Shown one piece after another: positions 40,131 to 47,318 of a stretch of DNA of 64,000 nt (position 1 is its first letter; every line of letters begins with the position of its first letter). Both the position numbers and the translations under genes were made by a program. A model generated the notes under the pieces. That model made no database searches and had not been told where the DNA came from. It saw only the letters and a program-made list of their open reading frames with translations. Source of the DNA: a virus; the IMG/VR virus record IMGVR_UViG_3300033145_000192, positions 113,376 through 177,375 of that record; one strand, 5' to 3'.

Positions 40131-40261
40131 TAGTGAGACGTATCTGACCCATGACACGCATAACTCCTTTGTTTTGGCAATGAGACGTATTGTGGTGTCC
40201 AGCCGGACACTGTAGCCAAATGGACACCACTGGAATCATTAGAGTTACGTCAAATACCCTC

Positions 40262-40280
40262 TGGCATGGGACGTGCTATA
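40262..40280 (+). promoter_or_regulatory. Sigma54-type promoter
   Basis: TGGCATGGGACGTGCTATA, near-identical to the 36222 site. Confidence 0.7.
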
Positions 40281-40511
40281 GCTTCCCTGTCGGCCAACGG
40301 CAACACGGGAGGAAAGGTAAGGTATCACGGGGGTTACGGGTGTCATTGTGATACCCTCCCATGATACTAACCCTAGACTCGCCAGCATATTCGGGAGGTA
40401 AGCCTAACCCCTATTCGCAGGAATCGTGTCAAAACGGTCCCGAGCGAGCCATAAATGAGACGGATTGTCGCCAAAAGGCTACAGCGTCCACGCAACGGGG
40501 GGAGTTAGGTT

Positions 40512-40528
40512 TGGCATTCGGCGTGCTA
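40512..40528 (+). promoter_or_regulatory. Sigma54-type promoter directly upstream of the large ncRNA
   Basis: TGGCATTCGGCGTGCTA, preceded by GGAGTTA as in the other copies. Confidence 0.65.
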
Positions 40529-40537
40529 CTGTGTTCC

Positions 40538-41425
40538 GTAACGCTAACTTGAGAGGGTAAAGCGAGCCACTATACCGCCCCATAAACGGGATTCCGACTG
40601 ATAGCGGGATAATGATTCTATCAGGGTTTTATACTAACCGGCGTTAAAAGCGTTGGACGTATTGTGGACCTTAGCACGATACGTAGGGTTCCCCTGGCGG
40701 GGAATACAAAGGTTGTATGGTCTACTGTGCAAGGTAGCTTAAGCCATACAACCGGGGGCGGTAAGCCGAGATACTGGCTTGCTCAATGTCGTAAGACTGC
40801 CCTGTAAAAGCGACGGCGCTTGCCCAAAGTATTTAGGCTTTAACCTATAAGGTTGCGGTAGGGGTTGGAATCAGGATACCCTGAGCGAGTAGACTAGGTT
40901 AGAGTTTCTGCCATGCGGGCGACAAGCCGATTGTTAAGCGGCTCGCGTGGATAGGTTGGCAAACCTATAACCCTGTTTTGGTGGGGTATATGGTGAGCTA
41001 TGGCCGACTGTTGGGAGCGTGGCGCAAGCTACGCCAGTCGGTTATCTCGCTAGTCTGTGCAAGCGGACCTTGTATATCCTTTTAATGAACGGGGCCTAGC
41101 CCGAAACGTCCGTTTCCGTTAGCTAGACACGGTTTCGCCTCTATTCGCCTATATCCGTGAGTCGTTTAGACTCGTGGGCTACCTAACTTGGTAGGTTACA
41201 GGATACCGCAAGGTCTCCCCAATACCGTAAACCCAGGGGCCTACAGGATAGCGGGCGATTGGCGATAACACGGTCCATAATGCGTTGATACCAAGGGACT
41301 CCAAACGGAGTTATTAAATCCCGTGAACGGTTTATGCCGGAAACAATGGCTTATTAGGGCAGGGTTCAAGGGGTCATATCCCCTGGCAGGGTTTTTGCCG
41401 CCACCATTCGGGAGGCGGCTTTTTT
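40538..41425 (+). ncRNA. Large (~880 nt) highly structured non-coding RNA, class unknown
   Basis: No credible ORF; many hairpins with GNRA loops; long-range helices 40657-40670/41272-41285 and 40581-40593/41317-41336; promoter before, terminator after. Confidence 0.8.
41397..41425 (+). terminator. Intrinsic terminator
   Basis: GCCGCC...GGCGGC-TTTTTT. Confidence 0.75.
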
Positions 41426-41439
41426 CGTGGGAGTGTATC

Positions 41440-41634
41440 GTGTTCAAGTTCTCGATTCGTTCGGCTCGCTCGGGTGGCGAGACCGAGGTATTCTCAATGG
41501 TCCCGTTCTGCGGGGTCAAGGTCGCCTTGGGCGGAAACGCCCCCAAGGCAAACTGCGTCCGAAACGGCGCGGGCTACGTCTACGTGGGACGGCGCAAGCG
41601 GTCGCAAATGCGCTCAGGCCGCACGCGGGTCTAA
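41440..41634 (+). CDS. Small hypothetical protein
   Basis: GGGAG RBS, GTG start, 64 aa. Confidence 0.45.
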   Translation: MFKFSIRSARSGGETEVFSMVPFCGVKVALGGNAPKANCVRNGAGYVYVGRRKRSQMRSGRTRV

Positions 41635-41659
41635 CTCCCTCGCATTGGTATTGGTCGCT

Positions 41660-41730
41660 ATGCCACTGGCCTAAAAGTAAGGCGCTCGCCGCAAAGGCGG
41701 GAGGTATGGGTGCAAATCCCATGTGGCGTT
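41660..41730 (+). tRNA. tRNA-Cys-like element with a defective anticodon loop (CGCAAAG, no U33)
   Basis: Acceptor ATGCCAC/GTGGCGT, D arm GCCT/AGGC, stem CTCGC/GCGGG, T arm ATGGG-TGCAAAT-CCCAT, discriminator T. Confidence 0.8.
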
Positions 41731-41763
41731 TTGTTCCGTTCGTTTCTTCTACTAGGAGTGATT

Positions 41764-42045
41764 GTGTTCAAGCCCGACGAGTCCAAGGCTGAGGAAAACT
41801 CGGCCATTCTCAGGACCGAGACCGTTCCCGGTATCGGTTCGGTTCTCGTGTTCACCGACAGCGCGGCGCGTGACGCATACGGCAAGTATGTGGAGCCCGA
41901 GGGTTTCGCGGACGAGGGTTCGTTCGAGGAAATTCTCTTCGACAAGCACGGGGAAATGGTGCTCACCTACCGCGACGACCCCCGTGGTATCGACGAGTAT
42001 CTGGAGGAGCCCGCAATGGTGACTCGGTTCTGGGGTCGCAAGTAG
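41764..42045 (+). CDS. Hypothetical protein
   Basis: AGGAG RBS, GTG start. Confidence 0.6.
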   Translation: MFKPDESKAEENSAILRTETVPGIGSVLVFTDSAARDAYGKYVEPEGFADEGSFEEILFDKHGEMVLTYRDDPRGIDEYLEEPAMVTRFWGRK

Positions 42046-42085
42046 CGGGACCAATACTCCCGCAAACCTAGCCTGCTCGGGCTAT

Positions 42086-42170
42086 CCGCGATAACTGAGC
42101 GGCTGGGCTACGCTTTACGAGGGGAAGGGAATGATAGCTCCCTACTCGGGTTCGACTCCCGAGATTGCGG
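42086..42170 (+). ncRNA. Degenerate tRNA-like element
   Basis: CCGCGAT/ATTGCGG closing stem, two internal hairpins, CTCGGG-TTCGACT-CCCGAG arm. Confidence 0.6.
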
Positions 42171-42185
42171 TTTTTCGGTTTGTTT

Positions 42186-42213
42186 CGTCTCACGTTGGGA
42201 CGATTTTGAGACG
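42186..42213. promoter_or_regulatory. Inverted motif pair CGTCTCA-N14-TGAGACG (candidate upstream activating site)
   Basis: Centred about 75 bp upstream of the -24 element at 42276. Confidence 0.55.
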
Positions 42214-42274
42214 GAGTGTAGCCCGCTGGAAACAGTCGGGCTTGCTTTGTTTCGGAAGCAAACGAGTTACGCTT

Positions 42275-42295
42275 TGGCACGTCGGGTGCTATAGG
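42275..42295 (+). promoter_or_regulatory. Sigma54-type promoter
   Basis: CAAACGAGTTACGCTT-TGGCACGTCGGGTGCTATAGG. Confidence 0.75.
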
Positions 42296-42346
42296 TTGGT
42301 CGTCAAGTTCAACCGAATGTAGCAAGCACAAGGGAGGGAGGGGCAT

Positions 42347-43057
42347 ATGAAACGTCGCAAGCGCAGCGGGCGAACGACTCACAAACGGGCGTGGCATAGC
42401 GCGGCGAAAGCCCCCCGTGGCAAGCCGTGGGCAAAGGTCGATACCTTGCTGGAACGGCTCAAGGCAGAGCACAGTTTCAAGGCTATGGCTCTCCCCGTGT
42501 TTCAGACGCTCTGGACACTCCAGCGTGACAACGGCTGGAAGGGAAACGCTGTTACCCAGTTCGTTTGGGAGCAGTATCGTCGGCGCACGGAGTATATGCC
42601 CTACGTCCGGGACGGCCTGGATATGGGGGACGTGCTCGCTGCGGTAGACGGGCAGGCTTTCCCCAACTGGCTTGACGCATACGCTGAGAAGCACGGTTCG
42701 GGCCAGCGCAAGTATGGGGAGTCAAAGGGAGAGATTATCCCTGAGACGAAACCTACTCGGTTCAAGGTCCGTGGAAAGCCCAAGCCCAAGGTTGAGGCTC
42801 CCAAGGTCGAAACCCAGGCAGAGCGGTGGAAGCGTATCGGAGACGAGCGGCGAGCGGAAAACGCCACGGCTGAGGAACAGTCGGGTATCCGCCAGAAAGC
42901 CTGGCTCCGCGACAGAGACATTGAGGACATTTGGCGACTCATATCCAAGGGAGAGTTTCCCCTGGGGACCGTCGCTTTTGACGCAGAACTGAAACGGCGT
43001 GCAAACGAGCGGGAACAGGCCCGACAGCACGCGGTTTTGTTCGACCACGGGCGGTAG
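42347..43057 (+). CDS. Hypothetical protein
   Basis: 236 aa, GGGAGGG RBS. Confidence 0.65.
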   Translation: MKRRKRSGRTTHKRAWHSAAKAPRGKPWAKVDTLLERLKAEHSFKAMALPVFQTLWTLQRDNGWKGNAVTQFVWEQYRRRTEYMPYVRDGLDMGDVLAAVDGQAFPNWLDAYAEKHGSGQRKYGESKGEIIPETKPTRFKVRGKPKPKVEAPKVETQAERWKRIGDERRAENATAEEQSGIRQKAWLRDRDIEDIWRLISKGEFPLGTVAFDAELKRRANEREQARQHAVLFDHGR

Positions 43058-43076
43058 AACCGCCATAGGAGTTTTC

Positions 43077-43727
43077 ATGGCAAAGGCCAAGTTCGATTTC
43101 ATTGGTATGGTCATGGACGCTCCCGAGGACCAGCGGGCTGGTATGTTGGAGCAAATGGCCAACATGACCAGCACCCCGGTTTCCGAGCTTTCGGAGCAGT
43201 TGGACAGCCGACTGAACAAGCGGAAGGAAACTGAGGAGCAGAAGGCTCGACGTTTGGAGCGCGAGGAGCGTAACAAGCGGGTCGAGACTGTTACCGCTAC
43301 GGTGGAGTCGCTGCGCGACGATATCGACGGTCTGCGGGTGGCGTTCGAGGAGGTTTCGGAACTGGAGGGGCAGATTGTCCTGAGCGGTTTCGACAGCGAT
43401 ACCCTCGTGTTCACGGTCGGCGGGCTCAAGGTGAGCAAGCGTGGTGGCGGAACTGGCGGCGGAAAGCCTGCCGCGAATCAGCCGCGCCCCTACGTTTCGG
43501 ACGGCGAGCGTATCTTGGGCCAGTTGCCCAAGTGGGCTGAGGAAAACGTCGGCCTGGCTGAGTTGGAGGAGCTTTCCGAGGAGCACGAGATTGACCTTTC
43601 GTATTCCGCAAAGACGGGCAAGCTCGGTTCCAAGAATCTCGCCAAGTTGCTGCTCAAGGCAGAGCTTATCGAGAAGAGCGAGGTAACTGCTGAGGAGCAG
43701 GCCGCGTTCGAGGCGACTCGGGACTAA
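43077..43727 (+). CDS. Hypothetical coiled-coil protein
   Basis: From MAKAKFDF, AGGAG RBS. Confidence 0.7.
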   Translation: MAKAKFDFIGMVMDAPEDQRAGMLEQMANMTSTPVSELSEQLDSRLNKRKETEEQKARRLEREERNKRVETVTATVESLRDDIDGLRVAFEEVSELEGQIVLSGFDSDTLVFTVGGLKVSKRGGGTGGGKPAANQPRPYVSDGERILGQLPKWAEENVGLAELEELSEEHEIDLSYSAKTGKLGSKNLAKLLLKAELIEKSEVTAEEQAAFEATRD

Positions 43728-43769
43728 CAAGGTCCAATGCGCTGGCATACCGCCTCATAGTATGCCGCT

Positions 43770-43817
43770 GCCTTATCTCCGACTGGCGGGGTTTACGGGT
43801 CCGACTCCCGATAAGGC
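43770..43817 (+). ncRNA. Minimal tRNA mimic (acceptor stem + one hairpin + T arm)
   Basis: GCCTTAT/ATAAGGC, CTCCG/CGGGG, CGGG-TCCGACT-CCCG. Confidence 0.6.
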
Positions 43818-43819
43818 TG

Positions 43820-43905
43820 TCGTTGCTGGTCTAGTAGAATGACGCCCGCTATCAAAGAGCATAGCTCTTATGCGGGAGATATGGGTTCATGTCCCATGCA
43901 ACGCG
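43820..43905 (+). tRNA. tRNA-like element with a 22-nt hairpin replacing the anticodon loop
   Basis: CGTTGC/GCAACG, D arm GTC/GAC, stem CCCGC/GCGGG, T arm ATGGG-TTCATGT-CCCAT. Confidence 0.75.
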
Positions 43906-43987
43906 CTACACAAGCCAGTAGGTAGAACCCCGCGTGGGGTATCACGCCGTATGGCTGTTTCTTTCACTCCAGCAAATAGGAGGGCAA

Positions 43988-44194
43988 ATGCCCCACCCCG
44001 CAATCATGGCTCCGCGTCCGACCGTTTGTTTCAAACAGGGAAACCGAGTCTACTCGGTCACTCGGATTCGAGAGGGCAAGGTTGAGGCGAGTTTGACGCT
44101 CAATGGGCGTAGGCTTCGCGGTCGGCCCAAGTTCTTCAAGCCTGCCGAGATTTGCACGTTTGGCGTGCGGAATATCGTTCGGCGGGGTAACTAG
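43988..44194 (+). CDS. Small basic hypothetical protein
   Basis: AGGAGG RBS, MPHPAIM..., 68 aa. Confidence 0.6.
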   Translation: MPHPAIMAPRPTVCFKQGNRVYSVTRIREGKVEASLTLNGRRLRGRPKFFKPAEICTFGVRNIVRRGN

Positions 44195-44322
44195 ACAGCC
44201 TCAGTTTGTAGGCGGCGCGGGAATGGGGGTTTCAAGTATAGGCTGGCCCCCTCGCCCCGTATTCCCTGGGGAGGGTAAAGAATCCATGCGTATCAGGGCT
44301 GTTTGAACGGGGGGCTTCGGCC

Positions 44323-44464
44323 CCCTTCGTAATGTAGCTAGGCAGTTTGTGCGGCGCACCATGTCGGAATTGGATTGGGTGCGAGCGTATTGCGCGTGAA
44401 TGGGGCGCATACAATACAAACTCTCTAACGGTCCCAAGCCCGTGTAAATACAGAGGGAGGAAGG
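44323..44464 (+). ncRNA. Twister self-cleaving ribozyme (type P1, enlarged P3)
   Basis: P1 CCTTC/GAAGG, T^AA, P2 TGTA/TACA, GC, P4 ACGG-TCCCAAGC-CCGT, GA-GGGA pseudoknot partner; predicted cut between 44329 and 44330. Confidence 0.82.
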
Positions 44465-44471
44465 AATAACC

Positions 44472-44780
44472 GTGAGTAGCCCGTCATACTACCTTTTCCG
44501 AATAAGCCTGCCGCCGCATTTGGTGGGCGGGCTTGACCCGATTGTGCTTATCCCCGCCCCAAACGGCGAGGATTCCGAGCATAGTGGGGATACGGTGTTC
44601 CATAGGGACGGGACGGTAACGTGCCTGCGGGATATGGTGCGTTTTCGTGCGGCTCACGACGAGGTAAGGGAGCATATCGGGGACGGCCAATGGATTGGAA
44701 CCGTCTGCCTGTATGACGATACTCTGGAGGACCTTGTGAGGTTTATCCAGAACGGCTTTCGGTGGCACGTTTCACCGTAA
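44472..44780 (+). CDS. Hypothetical protein
   Basis: GTG start after AAGGA, 102 aa. Confidence 0.6.
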   Translation: MSSPSYYLFRISLPPHLVGGLDPIVLIPAPNGEDSEHSGDTVFHRDGTVTCLRDMVRFRAAHDEVREHIGDGQWIGTVCLYDDTLEDLVRFIQNGFRWHVSP

Positions 44781-44837
44781 GTAACCCGCAGAAATCAACA
44801 AACAACGGCTAGGCCGCACGTCTCATAGGGAGTAAGT

Positions 44838-45092
44838 ATGCGGAATCCAGGGTGTTTTGGCGATTGGCGCAACCTACTCAGCGCGGAACGCGGTGAGATT
44901 GGTATGGATTGGCCCTATACGTTCAAGGGAACGGTGGCCAGTATCAGCGCGGTTACTGGGGCGGCGCTTGTCGCCAGTGTCCCTAACGCCGAGCCGCTGG
45001 ATAACAAGTTCTGGCTGTGCATAGAGAACGGGCGCGTTTTCTTGTATACCCACGATTGCGACGTTCGGCTGATTGTTCTGGAGGAGGAGTAG
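44838..45092 (+). CDS. Hypothetical protein
   Basis: 84 aa, GGGAG RBS. Confidence 0.6.
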   Translation: MRNPGCFGDWRNLLSAERGEIGMDWPYTFKGTVASISAVTGAALVASVPNAEPLDNKFWLCIENGRVFLYTHDCDVRLIVLEEE

Positions 45093-45095
45093 CCT

Positions 45096-45308
45096 ATGTA
45101 TGAGGAGTTTATTGCCGCAATGGCAAAGGCTACTCAGCGAGCTAATGACCTAGCAGGGCTTGAGGACGCGGTCGCGCTTATGCGACGGCTCTACGTCATA
45201 CGCCCCACCGAAGCGAATACCATTCGCCGGGAGTATCAGGAAGTGGTGGCCGAGTTTCATAGGTCGCCGCTTTACGTGGCTTGGAAGAAACAAAGCGAGG
45301 GGAGTTAG
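45096..45308 (+). CDS. Hypothetical protein
   Basis: 70 aa, GGAGGAG RBS. Confidence 0.6.
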   Translation: MYEEFIAAMAKATQRANDLAGLEDAVALMRRLYVIRPTEANTIRREYQEVVAEFHRSPLYVAWKKQSEGS

Positions 45309-45309
45309 A

Positions 45310-45612
45310 GTGGCGAAACTGATTGAGGTAAAGGTCGGACAGATTTGGCGAGCCCGCGTTAGCGGAAATTTCGTGGACGTGGAGGTTATCGCCATTCACA
45401 AGCCCGACAATTACGGCGGTCGTCGGCAGAAAACGAAGCTCACGCTGCATAACCTCAAAACGAAGCGCCAGATTGAGCGCACCCCTGCTTTCCTGCGGCG
45501 TAAGGTCGCGAATAGCAGGGTCGAGGGAAATATCCGAGTGACCCCCAAGGCCGCTCTGGATATCAGGATTCAGGAGTTGCCGAACTGTCTCGGTTTCGCA
45601 GGGGAACGCTAG
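45310..45612 (+). CDS. SH3/KOW-like small protein
   Basis: VKVGQIWRARVSG..VDVEVIAI pattern; GTG start. Confidence 0.55.
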   Translation: MAKLIEVKVGQIWRARVSGNFVDVEVIAIHKPDNYGGRRQKTKLTLHNLKTKRQIERTPAFLRRKVANSRVEGNIRVTPKAALDIRIQELPNCLGFAGER

Positions 45613-45640
45613 AAAACACGGTCTGGAGTATTGCGCCGTA

Positions 45641-45778
45641 GGCTTGACAAACCGGCGTTGGTAGAAATACCACGGGGACTCCAATCCTGCCGGTTATTGG
45701 TCCCGAGGTAGCTAGGAGTTTGGTGAAACTTACTCTGTTTGAAACTACCCGAGAGAAAGTATCGGGTATAGTCAAGCC
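45641..45778 (+). ncRNA. Candidate pseudoknotted structured RNA
   Basis: GGCTTGAC/GTCAAGCC closing stem, AACCGGC/GCCGGTT, TGGTA-GAAA-TACCA, crossing GGGAC/GTCCC. Confidence 0.6.
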
Positions 45779-45817
45779 CCAGACAAATTCCACAACTGAT
45801 TGCCAGGAGAGCAAAAC

Positions 45818-46549
45818 GTGAACGATATCACCACAAACAAGGGTTCCGAGTGTTCGTGCGGAGACTGCCAGAGCATGTGTAACCGTCCATGCTGGCCGAC
45901 GCCCGAGGAAGCCAAGCGGCTTATCGAGGCGGGCTTTGGCGACAAGCTAATGCTCGACCATTGGGTCGGAAACCCGAAGGACGACGACGTGGATTGGGAG
46001 GATTACTGCGGCGATACCAGAATCCTCAGCCCCGCGTGCCAGGGTAGCGAAAAGCGCCGAGCGCCGTTCTGGCCCGAGGGACGTTGCACCATGCAAAACG
46101 AGCAGGGGCTTTGCCGCCTGCATACGTTCGAGGGGCTGAAGCCCATTGAGGGACGTTTGGCCGCTTGCCATGACGGTCCCGACGATACCCCGTCAAACCT
46201 CCACCAAGAGGTTGCGAAGCTCTGGGCTAACCCCGAAGCGCAGAAGCTCTGCGACGAGTGGGACGATATGGTGAACGAGGATACTCTGCCTGCCCTGAAG
46301 GACGAGTATCGCGAGAGTGAGCCCGAGGTTTACTCCGTGGACGACGAGGTTGAGGTAAAGCGAACTAACGGGGAGTGGACCAGGGGGACTATTCACCGGA
46401 TTCAGCCGCTCGGATACGTCTACGGCAACGTCTACACCGTAAAGGTGGCGTTGGACGAGGAGCACTATATCAATGCTCGGGGATACTATCCCCCGCAGAA
46501 GCACGGTTACAAGTGCAACATACCGCCGACCGATATTCGGCGCGTGTAG
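45818..46549 (+). CDS. Cys-rich Fe-S/Zn-chelating (YkgJ-like) protein with SH3-like C-terminus
   Basis: CSCGDCQSMC, C..., CRLH, C pattern. Confidence 0.55.
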   Translation: MNDITTNKGSECSCGDCQSMCNRPCWPTPEEAKRLIEAGFGDKLMLDHWVGNPKDDDVDWEDYCGDTRILSPACQGSEKRRAPFWPEGRCTMQNEQGLCRLHTFEGLKPIEGRLAACHDGPDDTPSNLHQEVAKLWANPEAQKLCDEWDDMVNEDTLPALKDEYRESEPEVYSVDDEVEVKRTNGEWTRGTIHRIQPLGYVYGNVYTVKVALDEEHYINARGYYPPQKHGYKCNIPPTDIRRV

Positions 46550-46552
46550 CGA

Positions 46553-47005
46553 ATGGACAATATCCGAACCGACTACCTGAGCGACGTGTTCTATCCAGAG
46601 ACGTTCAAGGCGGCGGTCGATAAGGCAACGGAGCGACTGCGAGAGTTTGACGGGCATACCCCGTTCGACTCTATCGCGTTCACGGGGGTTAGCGGGGCGG
46701 CATTCGCGTTCCCGCTATCCCTGGCGCTAAATAAGACGCTACTTTGCGTGAGGAAAAAGAAGGGCGAAAGCTCCCACTCCCCATACGAGGTTGAGGGGAA
46801 TTACTCCTCCGAGAGTTACGTCATTGTAGACGATTTCATATCGTCTGGCGCTACGGTCATGGAAATCCAGAGGATGATATCCAGGCACGTCGAGGATACG
46901 AAGCCTGCCGCTATCTACCTCTATCGCGATTACGGCGGCAAAGAGAAGTGGGACGACCTAAACGGAGGGATTATCCCGGTTCTGTCGCAGGAGGTTGCTG
47001 ACTGA
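46553..47005 (+). CDS. Type I phosphoribosyltransferase
   Basis: PRPP loop YVIVDDFISSGAT; GVSG..FAFPLSLALNK..VRKK. Confidence 0.85.
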   Translation: MDNIRTDYLSDVFYPETFKAAVDKATERLREFDGHTPFDSIAFTGVSGAAFAFPLSLALNKTLLCVRKKKGESSHSPYEVEGNYSSESYVIVDDFISSGATVMEIQRMISRHVEDTKPAAIYLYRDYGGKEKWDDLNGGIIPVLSQEVAD

Positions 47006-47011
47006 AATAAC

Positions 47012-47141
47012 GGGGTGTTAGTCCAACGGGAGGACGCCGTCTGTAATGCTGCGCAGCGGGCATATTACTGCTAGGAGTAGCTATCCTGGCCGAGTATGTC
47101 GTCACTAGACGGAAACATAGGTTCGACTCCTATACACTCCA
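47012..47141 (+). tRNA. tRNA-Glu-like shell with a 66-nt structured domain replacing the anticodon loop
   Basis: GGGGTGT/ACACTCC, GTCC/GGAC, CCGTC/GACGG, AAAC, ATAGG-TTCGACT-CCTAT. Confidence 0.85.
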
Positions 47142-47242
47142 TTCCACGTCTGGCCGAGTAGAGCAAACACGCAAAAACTCATTCCAGAATATGAATCTGA
47201 CCTGTAAGGGTTAGCTTTACTCACTCGGGCGTGGTTCAAATA

Positions 47243-47269
47243 CGTCTCACTTGGGGCGTTTCTGAAACG
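47243..47269. promoter_or_regulatory. Inverted motif pair CGTCTCA-N13-TGAAACG (candidate upstream activating site)
   Basis: Closely resembles 42186-42213, including the spacer; centred about 65 bp upstream of the 47320 promoter. Confidence 0.55.
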
Positions 47270-47318
47270 GAACGTCGCCATTTGGCTACACTACCACCGA
47301 CTGCAAAGCACTTATGGC

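Larger units (their letters stand above)
36300..40200. repeat. Dispersed, 11-bp-periodic motif array TGANACGCAWW on both strands
   Basis: At least 13 exact ACGCAAATG copies counted by hand, plus many variants, often head-to-tail (TGACACGCAAA-TGAGAC). Confidence 0.9.

Noticed and set aside
36300-40200. CRISPR array
   Set aside because: No constant-length repeat with unique spacers; the motif is short, degenerate, on both strands and inside ORFs; no cas genes.
36300-40200. Cloning artefact from BsmBI (CGTCTC) sites
   Set aside because: The motif varies (CGTGTC, CGTTTC, CGTCCC) and is integrated with codons and hairpins, which fits evolved sequence.
39819-40552. ORFs 39819-40094 and 40361-40552
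   Set aside because: They overlap the repeat array and promoter cluster and translate as motif-derived sequence.
40538-41425. Group I or II intron, RNase P RNA, tmRNA or rRNA fragment
   Set aside because: I could not find the P7/J8-7 core, domain V, GAGGAAAGUCC or tmRNA termini, and no gene is interrupted. This is a by-eye exclusion only.
47012-47141. tmRNA
   Set aside because: It has a full D arm and is only 130 nt; the 8-codon stretch in the insert lacks a convincing resume context.
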